This document shows positions 1-8,110 of a DNA stretch of 64,000 nt, piece by piece; position 1 is the stretch's first letter; the number at the start of each line of letters is the position of its first letter. The notes under the pieces were generated by a model. The model was not told where the DNA came from and ran no database searches. It was given only the letters and a program-made list of their open reading frames with translations. The stretch lies in the IMG/VR virus record IMGVR_UViG_3300028845_000328; one strand, written 5' to 3'. The translations under genes were made by a program, and so were the position numbers. The stretch is from a virus.

Positions 1-92
1 AAATTAGTTTAATATATCTAAAAATAATAAGAATTGAGCTCCCATTTAAATCGCATTAAACAAGAGCTCATTTTTACTAATTACACACTATT

Positions 93-269
93 TTACTTGC
101 GGCGGAATGGCCAGGCTTTGTAACCATAGTCTTCCGCTCGCATTAACTTTCCGGTTTTGTAGTGTTTATACTCTTTAACCCAGCTGATTTTCTGGATTAC
201 CAACCGACCATTTATTTCAGCAATATTCGGTAATTCATGCTGAACCTTCTTATTTTTGTTCTCTTTCAT
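93..269 (-). CDS. Small basic protein (58 aa) downstream of ImmA
   Basis: Within track ORF 93..395; start re-called at ATG 269, preceded by GAGG; C-terminus YKHYKTGKLMRAEDYGYKAWPF. Confidence 0.5.
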   Translation of the reverse strand: MKENKNKKVQHELPNIAEINGRLVIQKISWVKEYKHYKTGKLMRAEDYGYKAWPFRRK

Positions 270-432
270 CGAGACCTCAAATATTTTATTCCAGAAGGCT
301 TTTTTTTGTTGATTTTTAGCCGGTATCTTCCGATACTTACGTTGACTAAGCGTTGGCATAAAAACCAGCAAATCCCCGCCCTGGTGTGGGGGCATTAAAA
401 CGATCCTCTATCAAATGTAATTGGTAGAGGGT

Positions 433-996
433 CTATTTCATTCCAGAGACTGCCTCATATCTATAGCTAGCTGTACTTGCTGAAACATTGAATAGATACT
501 GAATGGAATCCGATGAGCCTCCTTTGCTAATTATTCTTTTAATATGATTAAAAGGCATTTGTATCGCTGCTGAGAATTTATTTGCCTGACACTCAGGATC
601 TTCATAAGGTCTTATTAACTTTCGATCCAGCTTAACAATGTGTCCAAATTCCTCTAATCTTGTTAAAATCGATCCCGTATGAAGAACTACATGACCTACT
701 TCATGGCAAGCTGTAAAATTTGCACGAGGTTCTCCACGTTCAAGCCCCTCATATGTTTTAGAACTTAAAACCAATTTCCGATTTTGGAAATCTGTATATC
801 CTTCTATTCCTGGGGATAAATCTTCAATTGCAAACTCGAATCCATATTTATCTCTCAAGAATCCTTTTTCAAGAAGATCCATAATCGGAAATTCTTTTGG
901 TTTCATTAATAGTTCCTGTCTAAATGCTCTTATAAAATTTTCTGACTTTTTCTCAATTTCAGAATTTGAAAGTGGTTTTACTTTGCATACATCCAT
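433..996 (-). CDS. ImmA/IrrE-family Zn metallopeptidase (DUF955-like)
   Basis: HExxH motif CHEVGH plus downstream ECQANKFSA (ExxAxxFA); start overlaps the XRE gene stop. Confidence 0.85.
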   Translation of the reverse strand: MDVCKVKPLSNSEIEKKSENFIRAFRQELLMKPKEFPIMDLLEKGFLRDKYGFEFAIEDLSPGIEGYTDFQNRKLVLSSKTYEGLERGEPRANFTACHEVGHVVLHTGSILTRLEEFGHIVKLDRKLIRPYEDPECQANKFSAAIQMPFNHIKRIISKGGSSDSIQYLFNVSASTASYRYEAVSGMK

Positions 997-1340
997 TATT
1001 CCTCCTTATTTATAGCGCTAATAATTCTTTCTATATCTTTTTCCTCAAAAGCATCCCATCCACGTGCCAAGGCAAAAGCAAGATTTTCTTTCCCTTTAAT
1101 CTTCAGTTCAATCCTATCTCTCTGGTTTACGGAAGCATTCAGAAGCTCTTCATAAGGAATTCCAAGTATCTTTGAAAGTTTATGCAACATTTCCTTATCA
1201 GAAGGGATATTTCTCTTTCCAAGCTCAATATCTGAAATATAAACAGGAGAGACCCCCAGCTCCTTCGCGATTTCCCCCATACTCATTTCTTTTTCTTCAC
1301 GAGCCTTCCTGATTTTCATGCCAAAAGGTTCTATTTTCAT
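996..1340 (-). CDS. XRE-family HTH regulator (ImmR-like)
   Basis: FGMKIRKAREEKEMSMGEIAKELGVSPVYISDIELGKRNIP is a typical XRE HTH. Confidence 0.85.
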   Translation of the reverse strand: MKIEPFGMKIRKAREEKEMSMGEIAKELGVSPVYISDIELGKRNIPSDKEMLHKLSKILGIPYEELLNASVNQRDRIELKIKGKENLAFALARGWDAFEEKDIERIISAINKEE

Positions 1341-1534
1341 GGCGTATCACACCCCTATTAGCATGAAAGCATGATTGCTTATATGCTGTCAAGCTAAAAA
1401 TAATATTTCAGCAAGTTGCGGAAAAAAATAGCGAAAATATTTCGTATTCAATTACTTATCAAATGTTATGCTATTTCGTGCGATCAATTGATCAGACGCA
1501 CTTTCGTTGACTATAATATATCAGCCAATTTCGC

Positions 1535-2041
1535 CTAACGTACAATATCAGTAGGATTTATTTTTGGCTTCGGGATAAGTAATCCGGGCAACCCATTTCT
1601 CATGATCCAGAGGAAGAATCCGATTAATGCGAGCAGGATAATCCCGATCACTGCATACCACTGGAATTTCATTCCGGACGCCTGCCCTGCCCCCTCAGAT
1701 TTCCTAGCGATAATTTTATCTTTCTCTTCGTTTTTTTTTCGCTCGATGTCGAGAGCGGTTTCGAGTTCATTTATATATCTGGACTGTTCGGATATTTTCG
1801 TGGAGCATTCAGTGAGTTTGTCGGTTATCCAATTTCGTAGATTCTTATCTGGAATTTGTGAGGGGTCTTTTTTGATTTCTGTAAGAACTGGTTTCACATC
1901 TATCGTGAAATCAGGTTTGTGCGGAATCGTCGCGCAAGAAAACGCCGCAAGCAAAGCGGCAATCATCGCTAAATTCTTTATTTTTTTAAGGAGAGAAATG
2001 AATAAATAATTATTCCTGTATAAATTCTTTGAAATTCTCAT
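1535..2041 (-). CDS. Putative unimolecular spanin-like lipoprotein
   Basis: Lipobox-like LLAAFSC, coiled-coil middle, C-terminal TM segment WYAVIGIILLALIGFFLWIM; lies at the end of the lysis cassette. Confidence 0.55.
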   Translation of the reverse strand: MRISKNLYRNNYLFISLLKKIKNLAMIAALLAAFSCATIPHKPDFTIDVKPVLTEIKKDPSQIPDKNLRNWITDKLTECSTKISEQSRYINELETALDIERKKNEEKDKIIARKSEGAGQASGMKFQWYAVIGIILLALIGFFLWIMRNGLPGLLIPKPKINPTDIVR

Positions 2042-2083
2042 AAGTAAAAATCTCCTCTAAGATTTGTAAAATTTTTTTTAGCA

Positions 2084-2209
2084 TTAATTCAAATAAAATC
2101 CGTCTTCAGTATGATGCAGAATAATTCCGTCTTTTATATAAAAAGTCTTCGTATGGATTTTTTGGCAATCAGAACATTTTGATTGTAGAAATATCATTTG
2201 GACATTCAT
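2084..2209 (-). CDS. Small CxxC protein (41 aa, below track cutoff)
   Basis: Hand translation MNVQMIFLQSKCSDCQKIHTKTFYIKDG...; fills the gap between neighbouring genes. Confidence 0.3.
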   Translation of the reverse strand: MNVQMIFLQSKCSDCQKIHTKTFYIKDGIILHHTEDGFYLN

Positions 2210-2235
2210 AATTTTTATGGAATATCTCAAAACCA

Positions 2236-2433
2236 TTATCTGTTCTCCCTGTAAATTGTTTTCAAAAAATCGAATTGTTTCTCGGGGAGCCTCTCGTGCT
2301 TGATTGCAAACGCCCTGATCGAATCTATAAATTTTCCCTGCTTTTCAGGCATTATGCAATAATTCAAATGTTCCAACATTTCCATCGCACTGTTGAATGA
2401 GGCAGAGCCTTTTCTTATTTGTTTCCCATCCAT
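2236..2433 (-). CDS. Hypothetical protein
   Basis: Track ORF; GAGG-type SD upstream; collinear with the operon. Confidence 0.5.
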   Translation of the reverse strand: MDGKQIRKGSASFNSAMEMLEHLNYCIMPEKQGKFIDSIRAFAIKHERLPEKQFDFLKTIYRENR

Positions 2434-2567
2434 CGCTTGTCCTCAACCTCTTTAATTTTCCCGCAATCCCTACATTTGAATTTGTAATAGGTATGATCTG
2501 CATGAACTCGATGAGATACTAATAGATAATTATGCAAACCAATCCAGCACAGAAATTTTTCAATCAT
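2415..2567 (-). CDS. Small prophage Zn-ribbon protein (DUF1660-like, 50 aa)
   Basis: Hand translation MIEKFLCWIGLHNY...FKCRDCGKIKE; start overlaps the holin-like gene stop. Confidence 0.45.
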   Translation of the reverse strand: MIEKFLCWIGLHNYLLVSHRVHADHTYYKFKCRDCGKIKEVEDKRWMGNK

Positions 2568-2979
2568 TCTTTGCCTTCGGTTTCAAAACATTATATTTAA
2601 GGAGGATTTTTTTCACCAATCCTAAATATAGAATATTTGAGAAAATAAATGTTATCAATAGATTCAAATTATAATTGAAAAATTCAATTTGAAATCCCTT
2701 GGAAACCAAATAGAAAATATCGGCAACCCCAGCCCCTATCGTTGCAATCAGGAAAATTACCAGTCGTTTCCGTAACCTTCTTTTTTTGGGATTTTTCGGT
2801 GCGATTATTTCCGATTCGCTCCACGGGCTTTTATTCATGATATAGAATCCGATTCCCATTATAGAGATCAGATACAACCACTGGACTGTCTCGAAGAAAA
2901 AATAAGATAGTCCAATCTTGACCCAGTTCCATAGTACCGGAAGAGCAGTGTTTGTTAAAAATGTAATAATTATTTCCAT
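2560..2979 (-). CDS. Putative holin (multi-TM)
   Basis: About 3 hydrophobic segments and a basic C-tail; directly downstream of the endolysin; GGAG SD. Confidence 0.55.
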   Translation of the reverse strand: MEIIITFLTNTALPVLWNWVKIGLSYFFFETVQWLYLISIMGIGFYIMNKSPWSESEIIAPKNPKKRRLRKRLVIFLIATIGAGVADIFYLVSKGFQIEFFNYNLNLLITFIFSNILYLGLVKKILLKYNVLKPKAKND

Positions 2980-3021
2980 TTACGAACTCCAAAGTTAAAT
3001 ATAATTTTTCTTATTTAAGTT

Positions 3022-3050
3022 TAATCCGCTAAAGTAAAATTAGCGGATTA
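3022..3050 (-). terminator. 11-bp stem-loop overlapping the endolysin stop codon
   Basis: taatccgctaa / ttagcggatta inverted repeat; U-tract is weak. Confidence 0.35.
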
Positions 3051-3524
3051 AATCCGTATCCATTCCGTCCCTTCGATAAAATCTTTTAAATCATGCTTTC
3101 TTAGGCATTCCTGCCAAGTCAGCCCAAATGTTCGTTCCAGGTGCGGGTAATCCTTGAATTTTCCACCCCAGTCACCTCCAGATGAAAATCCAATAGATTT
3201 GAAGGCATCGACTACTTGTTTCCAATCCGGTAAATTATCACTGTTTAAATCTTTATTTCTGTCCCATGTTACGTCTCTACCATCAGGCAATAATAGGCAG
3301 AAATCTATAGCAAGTCCATAATTATGGAAACTTTGTCCAGCTTTAGCATTTGTAACACCTCCCTTCCTGAATAGCTCGTCTTGTTCTGCAAACGTTCTGA
3401 TTCCCTGCGCGATTCGGATTGCTATGCCAAAATCTAAAAGTTCATAATACAGTTTCTCGACATCAGACCTATTTACCGGGTGAAGTCCGGCAATTTTTGC
3501 TAAAGTGAATTTATCAGCATTCAT
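3048..3524 (-). CDS. Endolysin, peptidase M15 (L-Ala-D-Glu peptidase type)
   Basis: RTFAEQDELF, SFHNYGLAIDF and DYPHLE motifs; start re-called at MNADKF with a GGGAG SD. Confidence 0.9.
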   Translation of the reverse strand: MNADKFTLAKIAGLHPVNRSDVEKLYYELLDFGIAIRIAQGIRTFAEQDELFRKGGVTNAKAGQSFHNYGLAIDFCLLLPDGRDVTWDRNKDLNSDNLPDWKQVVDAFKSIGFSSGGDWGGKFKDYPHLERTFGLTWQECLRKHDLKDFIEGTEWIRI

Positions 3525-3525
3525 T

Positions 3526-3699
3526 TTATCTCCCATTAATTCTTTTAATCGATAAAGAATCTTTTTCCTCTTTTTCAAATTCTTCCTGCCGTCGGATTGA
3601 TCTGAGGAGTTCTTCAATTAAAAGTTTTACCGGTTCAGCAGTTTCTGGATTCTCCCGTAAAACAATTTCAGATTTCTCGAAAAAATAAACGAAACTCAC
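3526..3699 (-). CDS. Hypothetical protein (57 aa)
   Basis: Part of track ORF 3526..3780; GTG start overlaps the upstream TGA. Confidence 0.45.
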   Translation of the reverse strand: MSFVYFFEKSEIVLRENPETAEPVKLLIEELLRSIRRQEEFEKEEKDSLSIKRINGR

Positions 3700-3887
3700 G
3701 GCTTTTCCTTGCAGGTGCAGACTGACTTCCGATCCAAATCCCAGCCGAAATTGGAAAATTCTTTTCCCTGTTTTTCGCAAATTCTATAACACCTGCCAAG
3801 GCCTACATCAATCGTAAATGTCACGCAAGCAAAACCGAAAAAAGCTATCAGAAAAATCCATTCGAATGTTGAAATTAACTTAATCAC
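3696..3887 (-). CDS. Small membrane protein with Cys-rich tail
   Basis: N-terminal TM segment, CxxxC...CxC; overlapping start and stop codons. Confidence 0.5.
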   Translation of the reverse strand: MIKLISTFEWIFLIAFFGFACVTFTIDVGLGRCYRICEKQGKEFSNFGWDLDRKSVCTCKEKP

Positions 3888-4162
3888 GTTCTTATTCCAA
3901 TCGTTCGTTCTATCTCGTAAATTCTAATTCCATGACTCTGAATATTCTTACTCGTATCCTCTAATCGATTTTTCAGAATTTCATGCTCGGAATCATTGTG
4001 TGTTGTAATACTCTCAATGAATTTCCTCATCGAATGAATTTCCTTTGTATTATTCTCAACTACGATTGTGATTTTATCGACCTGTGTTTTGAGTGCGAAA
4101 AACATTGAGACAGCACCTATAACAACACCCAGAATTGTAATAACATTCTCAATCCCAATCAT
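3884..4162 (-). CDS. Membrane-anchored coiled-coil protein (holin/antiholin-like)
   Basis: N-terminal TM then heptad-rich region; first gene of the lysis cassette. Confidence 0.5.
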   Translation of the reverse strand: MIGIENVITILGVVIGAVSMFFALKTQVDKITIVVENNTKEIHSMRKFIESITTHNDSEHEILKNRLEDTSKNIQSHGIRIYEIERTIGIRT

Positions 4163-4686
4163 TATGCTACTACCCCGGCAATTTCCGCAACCGTTGTTTT
4201 GGAATAAACCAAAGCCTCTTTACTATACCGATTCAATTTGATCGGCTTCACAAATGCTCGCATCGCGTTCAAAAGATTCTGTGCCTTAGTTGCATCGAGA
4301 GAAAATGCTTCCCTGGTTTTCGTGAGCCAGGTTACAGGGTATTCTCCTATTGTGATAGTCTCTTCGAGTAATCGTCGAGTGTCCCCGTCGCAATTGAAAA
4401 CCTTCCCATCATAAGTGCACCCGGCAGAAATATCCGAGTCGTGTTTTGTTACAATCTCTGCAATTTTGATTTTACGAAAATCTTCGAGATTATAGAAATT
4501 TGTCGCAATCCTTTCCGCTTGCGTCTGGTCAACAATCTGGCCAGCGCTTACTTTTTTCCCCGGTATCGGGAATTGCTCGAGTATTACCAATCTGGAATCT
4601 GCGGACGCTAGTTTTTTCAAGCCAGCCAAATCATCCGATTCCGCAACTACTGTCCCTGTGTTATTTTCTAGTCTTACGAGTTTCAT
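4162..4686 (-). CDS. Tail fibre assembly protein (DUF4376-like)
   Basis: YDGKVFNCDGDTR ... VTWLTK ... pattern; directly downstream of the fibre gene. Confidence 0.6.
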   Translation of the reverse strand: MKLVRLENNTGTVVAESDDLAGLKKLASADSRLVILEQFPIPGKKVSAGQIVDQTQAERIATNFYNLEDFRKIKIAEIVTKHDSDISAGCTYDGKVFNCDGDTRRLLEETITIGEYPVTWLTKTREAFSLDATKAQNLLNAMRAFVKPIKLNRYSKEALVYSKTTVAEIAGVVA

Positions 4687-4694
4687 AATTTCTC

Positions 4695-6224
4695 CTATGG
4701 ATTGTATTCTTTGGCGTTGAGATACAGTTTTACTCCCAATGATCTATCGCGCGTTCTAATCCCGGTACGTGGGTTGCCATTGGTTCCGTCGGTGACCGGG
4801 CCATGAATCTCGATGTAGCCTGGCGAGCTTTCTGGTGTTTGTGAACCAACCAGGAATTCCGGATCACCGAGTTCATCCCATCCTCTACCTAACATAATTT
4901 GATTAGTTTCAACGCCCGGATATTGAGAATACATACTATGGTAATGGCCCTGAAGGCGATCTCGTACGCGCAGTCCAGTAATCCCTGACCGCAGCACAGA
5001 ATCGTCTACCCGTCTCCATCTAGCTGTTGTTGCACTTGATGTCCCACCGGAAACATCTCGCCGGAATGGATAGATTTCTATTTTTGCGCCGGAAATTGTT
5101 CCAATTGGATTCGAACCCCCGGAATATTGGACTCCGAGTTTCAGGCTAACAGAATTTAGAGTATTAAGTATATCATTATTTGTAAGTTTGATATACATTT
5201 CAGTTCCGGCTGCAATCTTTCCAGCCCCGTCTCCAATATCTGTAACGGCCTTAACAACGAATCCCCAGTTGTCAACTAACGCACCATTGACAGCCGCCGA
5301 ATCAGTGTCATACAATAAATCCTCCAGTAGTGATTCCAGAAGGGTTGTTGCCTCCGTTCCTGACAACTCTAATTCAACTGTTGAGTTTGCGTCGTATTTT
5401 GTGGCAGCGATTACATCAAACTGCGATACCGAATTTATTTCCATTTTAGACGCTCGTAGAAACGGAACGAGTTGTGTCCAATTTGCTAGAGCAAGAGATG
5501 TGTGGTCAACTGATATATCCAGAAATGGTTTTGTCTGTGATGGGAGAATTTTTTCAAGAGAAGCGAAAATGAAATAGTTGCCATTTAGCATTTCATTTAC
5601 ATCCTCAATGAGCGCTACAGTTCCTGATTTATTCTTTGGCATAACCATTGAGTTGAGGGACGGTCTAGTTACCTCAATGATATTTCCGAATGCTGCATCT
5701 TTCTTAAATCGTAGCCACTCTATTCTTCCAACTGTAGGTGTTGGGTAGTTTGCTGTTGTATCATATTTTTCGAAAACCTTGATATTGTAAGATCGTCTTT
5801 GGGTAGCCGTTGCCTGATATTTGTTCCCAGCCGAGACATCAAAAAATTGCAAAGATGCTGAATCTGAAAGAGCCTGCTCCAATTCAATTTCAATTATTCC
5901 CCAGTACCCGGCAGGAGTCGGATTAATCGTGAGTGGTTCTAAACTGTATATTTTGTTATTATCAACCAAGGCTCCACGTCTTGTATTGATGGCAGAACTG
6001 GTGAACGATAATACTGTCCCGCCGAAAAAGATTTTTTCAGTCGCGCTTGAATCAAATAGTTCTCGAAGGAGCATCGTGAGCGATTCAGGATAAGAATGTA
6101 TATCATCTTCAAGCCCGTAAACATTACCGATAGTTTTTGAGTTTAGTCTTTGATTAGCGTTATATACTACACGCTTCTGCGTAGAGTCGGCTGTCATTGT
6201 AATTGTTTGCGTTCCGGTTGCCAT
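4695..6224 (-). CDS. Tail fibre / receptor-binding protein
   Basis: Position after the baseplate genes; C-terminal RDRLQGHYH...GNPRTG collar/tip-like motif. Confidence 0.65.
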   Translation of the reverse strand: MATGTQTITMTADSTQKRVVYNANQRLNSKTIGNVYGLEDDIHSYPESLTMLLRELFDSSATEKIFFGGTVLSFTSSAINTRRGALVDNNKIYSLEPLTINPTPAGYWGIIEIELEQALSDSASLQFFDVSAGNKYQATATQRRSYNIKVFEKYDTTANYPTPTVGRIEWLRFKKDAAFGNIIEVTRPSLNSMVMPKNKSGTVALIEDVNEMLNGNYFIFASLEKILPSQTKPFLDISVDHTSLALANWTQLVPFLRASKMEINSVSQFDVIAATKYDANSTVELELSGTEATTLLESLLEDLLYDTDSAAVNGALVDNWGFVVKAVTDIGDGAGKIAAGTEMYIKLTNNDILNTLNSVSLKLGVQYSGGSNPIGTISGAKIEIYPFRRDVSGGTSSATTARWRRVDDSVLRSGITGLRVRDRLQGHYHSMYSQYPGVETNQIMLGRGWDELGDPEFLVGSQTPESSPGYIEIHGPVTDGTNGNPRTGIRTRDRSLGVKLYLNAKEYNP

Positions 6225-6226
6225 TG

Positions 6227-6868
6227 TTAATCTCCCAAAAAGTCCTTATCTAAATAATCTAAATCCAAGTGTAAAATATCGGCAGAATTTGTATCGGTTA
6301 TCACACCGGCATAAACCCCTACACCGGCAGCTTTCAATTCATAAATAGTTCGCATTAAAATTGGGTTCAAATCTTCTGAAGAATTGAAAATTATGTAAAG
6401 AGCGTTAGTTTTGTGAGTCATAACAGCGCCAACGATTTTATTTTTCATTGCCGGAACATCCAGGTGACACACGTCAAGAAAGCATCCCAAATCTGCTGCT
6501 TCCTTAATAACTGTGCTTCCTCCTGGAGGTAATAGTGAACGAATAATTGGAATTGTTCCTATGATACTCAGGATTTTTGCAAAGATTTTTGCCCTATAAT
6601 CTTCATCGGTGAGGGATGTATCGTTTTGGATCCCGACGAATTCTCCCCAATCACGGAGTAAAAATCCTGTAGCCATTGTCAATGGAAACTCCTCTACAAT
6701 CCTTTGCATGAGCCGGTTATGCCATTCAACCGAATTATGAATCGCTCCTTTATTTATATCGTTGATGTTTTTTATTTCAGTTTTTTCTACAGAATCATTG
6801 TCATATACAATTGCTTTGAATTTTTCTCCAAACCTGCCAAATAAACTCAAATGTTGAAATAGACTCAT
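6227..6868 (-). CDS. Baseplate wedge subunit (gpI / Mu gp48-like)
   Basis: LRDWGEFVGI...LTDEDYRAKI motif; follows baseplate J. Confidence 0.7.
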   Translation of the reverse strand: MSLFQHLSLFGRFGEKFKAIVYDNDSVEKTEIKNINDINKGAIHNSVEWHNRLMQRIVEEFPLTMATGFLLRDWGEFVGIQNDTSLTDEDYRAKIFAKILSIIGTIPIIRSLLPPGGSTVIKEAADLGCFLDVCHLDVPAMKNKIVGAVMTHKTNALYIIFNSSEDLNPILMRTIYELKAAGVGVYAGVITDTNSADILHLDLDYLDKDFLGD

Positions 6869-8019
6869 GGCCGTGGAATCCTCGCAATTAGGCTATTCGT
6901 AATTGTCCCGCCACCGGTACCGCCGATCTTCGGGACGCTACCGTCTGGAACAGAAATGTCCGAGACTAATCCAATCAATCGAATTCTTAAGAAATCAGGA
7001 TGGGCGCTTACACCGGCAGCTTTCACTAAATCCAGTAGAACGTCACCGCCATTTGGCTGGCGGTTAACATATTTCATTATTGCATCATCTGCAAACGCTG
7101 TGATTTGCGGGTCTGTCAATAACGTAGAATCAAGAACATCTAGCTCATAAGTAATATTTACTGGCTGAACAAGTATTGAAGATACATATAATCTCGTACC
7201 ACCTGCCCTATAACCGAGTTCCTCGGTTCCGAGTATCCCTGAAATTCTGTTTTCTACCGCTGTTAGGATGGTAGGATTTACGATTGCGGTACCATCAGAC
7301 ACATAGATATTTATCCAGCCTGTTTCCGGGTCGCCTGTATATGGATTGATATTCTCAGTAACATAGGATTCTACAACTCCTGGAACCGTTTTCACTCCAG
7401 AACGAATTCCCGATAGTGTTGAGCGGGCTAAATTATTGATGAAGTCTTTCCACCGTGCTTGCCTGGATTGCTCCGATTCTATTTCGGTCCCGCCAGAAAT
7501 CTCGAACGGATTAAATATTCGTTCAAATGTTAGCTCTTCACCTGTTTCAGAAAAAATATCGCCATTTCCTGCGTCTGTATCTATTGCGAGAGGATCAAGA
7601 TTATAGTTCGTTCCGGATTCTTCTGCAATAATATCAATGTCTATTTCGGTATCGCCAATATTCAGAACTGTTGTATTTGCAGTTTTGTATGATAACCCAA
7701 AAAGAGTAATTGTCAATACTGGAATGGGTATGTTTGACAGATGGCCCGTATTCTGGTACCGGATGAATCCGGACGCCTTATTCCCTGGTAGTAAGCCGAA
7801 ACCAAACGAATCGTAACAGTTGTAATTACGAGCATACTGATACCCAGCGAAAAATTCTGCTGAACTCCTTGCCAAAGTTAGGGCAATCGCTTCAACAAGA
7901 GTCCTTATCCGTGAGCCTGGTTTCCAGTTGGTGAGACGAATTTTTCTCCCGACAATAAAGCCAACCATTGAGGAAAAATATCCTAAAAAACTTTTCGGTG
8001 TATAGGGGGAAACGGCCAC
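6865..8019 (-). CDS. Baseplate J / gp47-like wedge protein
   Basis: PGSRIRTLVEA, GGTEIES, RSTLSGIRSGVKTVPGV and GYRAGG motifs; start re-called at GTG 8019 (track start 8052 falls inside the promoter motif). Confidence 0.85.
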   Translation of the reverse strand: MAVSPYTPKSFLGYFSSMVGFIVGRKIRLTNWKPGSRIRTLVEAIALTLARSSAEFFAGYQYARNYNCYDSFGFGLLPGNKASGFIRYQNTGHLSNIPIPVLTITLFGLSYKTANTTVLNIGDTEIDIDIIAEESGTNYNLDPLAIDTDAGNGDIFSETGEELTFERIFNPFEISGGTEIESEQSRQARWKDFINNLARSTLSGIRSGVKTVPGVVESYVTENINPYTGDPETGWINIYVSDGTAIVNPTILTAVENRISGILGTEELGYRAGGTRLYVSSILVQPVNITYELDVLDSTLLTDPQITAFADDAIMKYVNRQPNGGDVLLDLVKAAGVSAHPDFLRIRLIGLVSDISVPDGSVPKIGGTGGGTITNSLIARIPRP

Positions 8020-8027
8020 GAGTAGAG

Positions 8028-8057
8028 GACGAAATTCATACCCGACAAACAAAGCAA
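8028..8057 (-). promoter_or_regulatory. Late-promoter-like motif TTGCTT-N17-TTTCGTC
   Basis: Matches the recurrent motif; 8 nt upstream of GTG 8019. Confidence 0.65.
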
Positions 8058-8070
8058 CTATTTTTTATTG

Positions 8071-8100
8071 TTGCAATCAAATACCGATAGCCATTTCGTC
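8071..8100 (+). promoter_or_regulatory. Late-promoter-like motif TTGCAA-N17-TTTCGTC
   Basis: Matches the recurrent motif; 10 nt upstream of ATG 8111; divergent from the 8028..8057 copy. Confidence 0.7.
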
Positions 8101-8110
8101 TATTCTCGAT

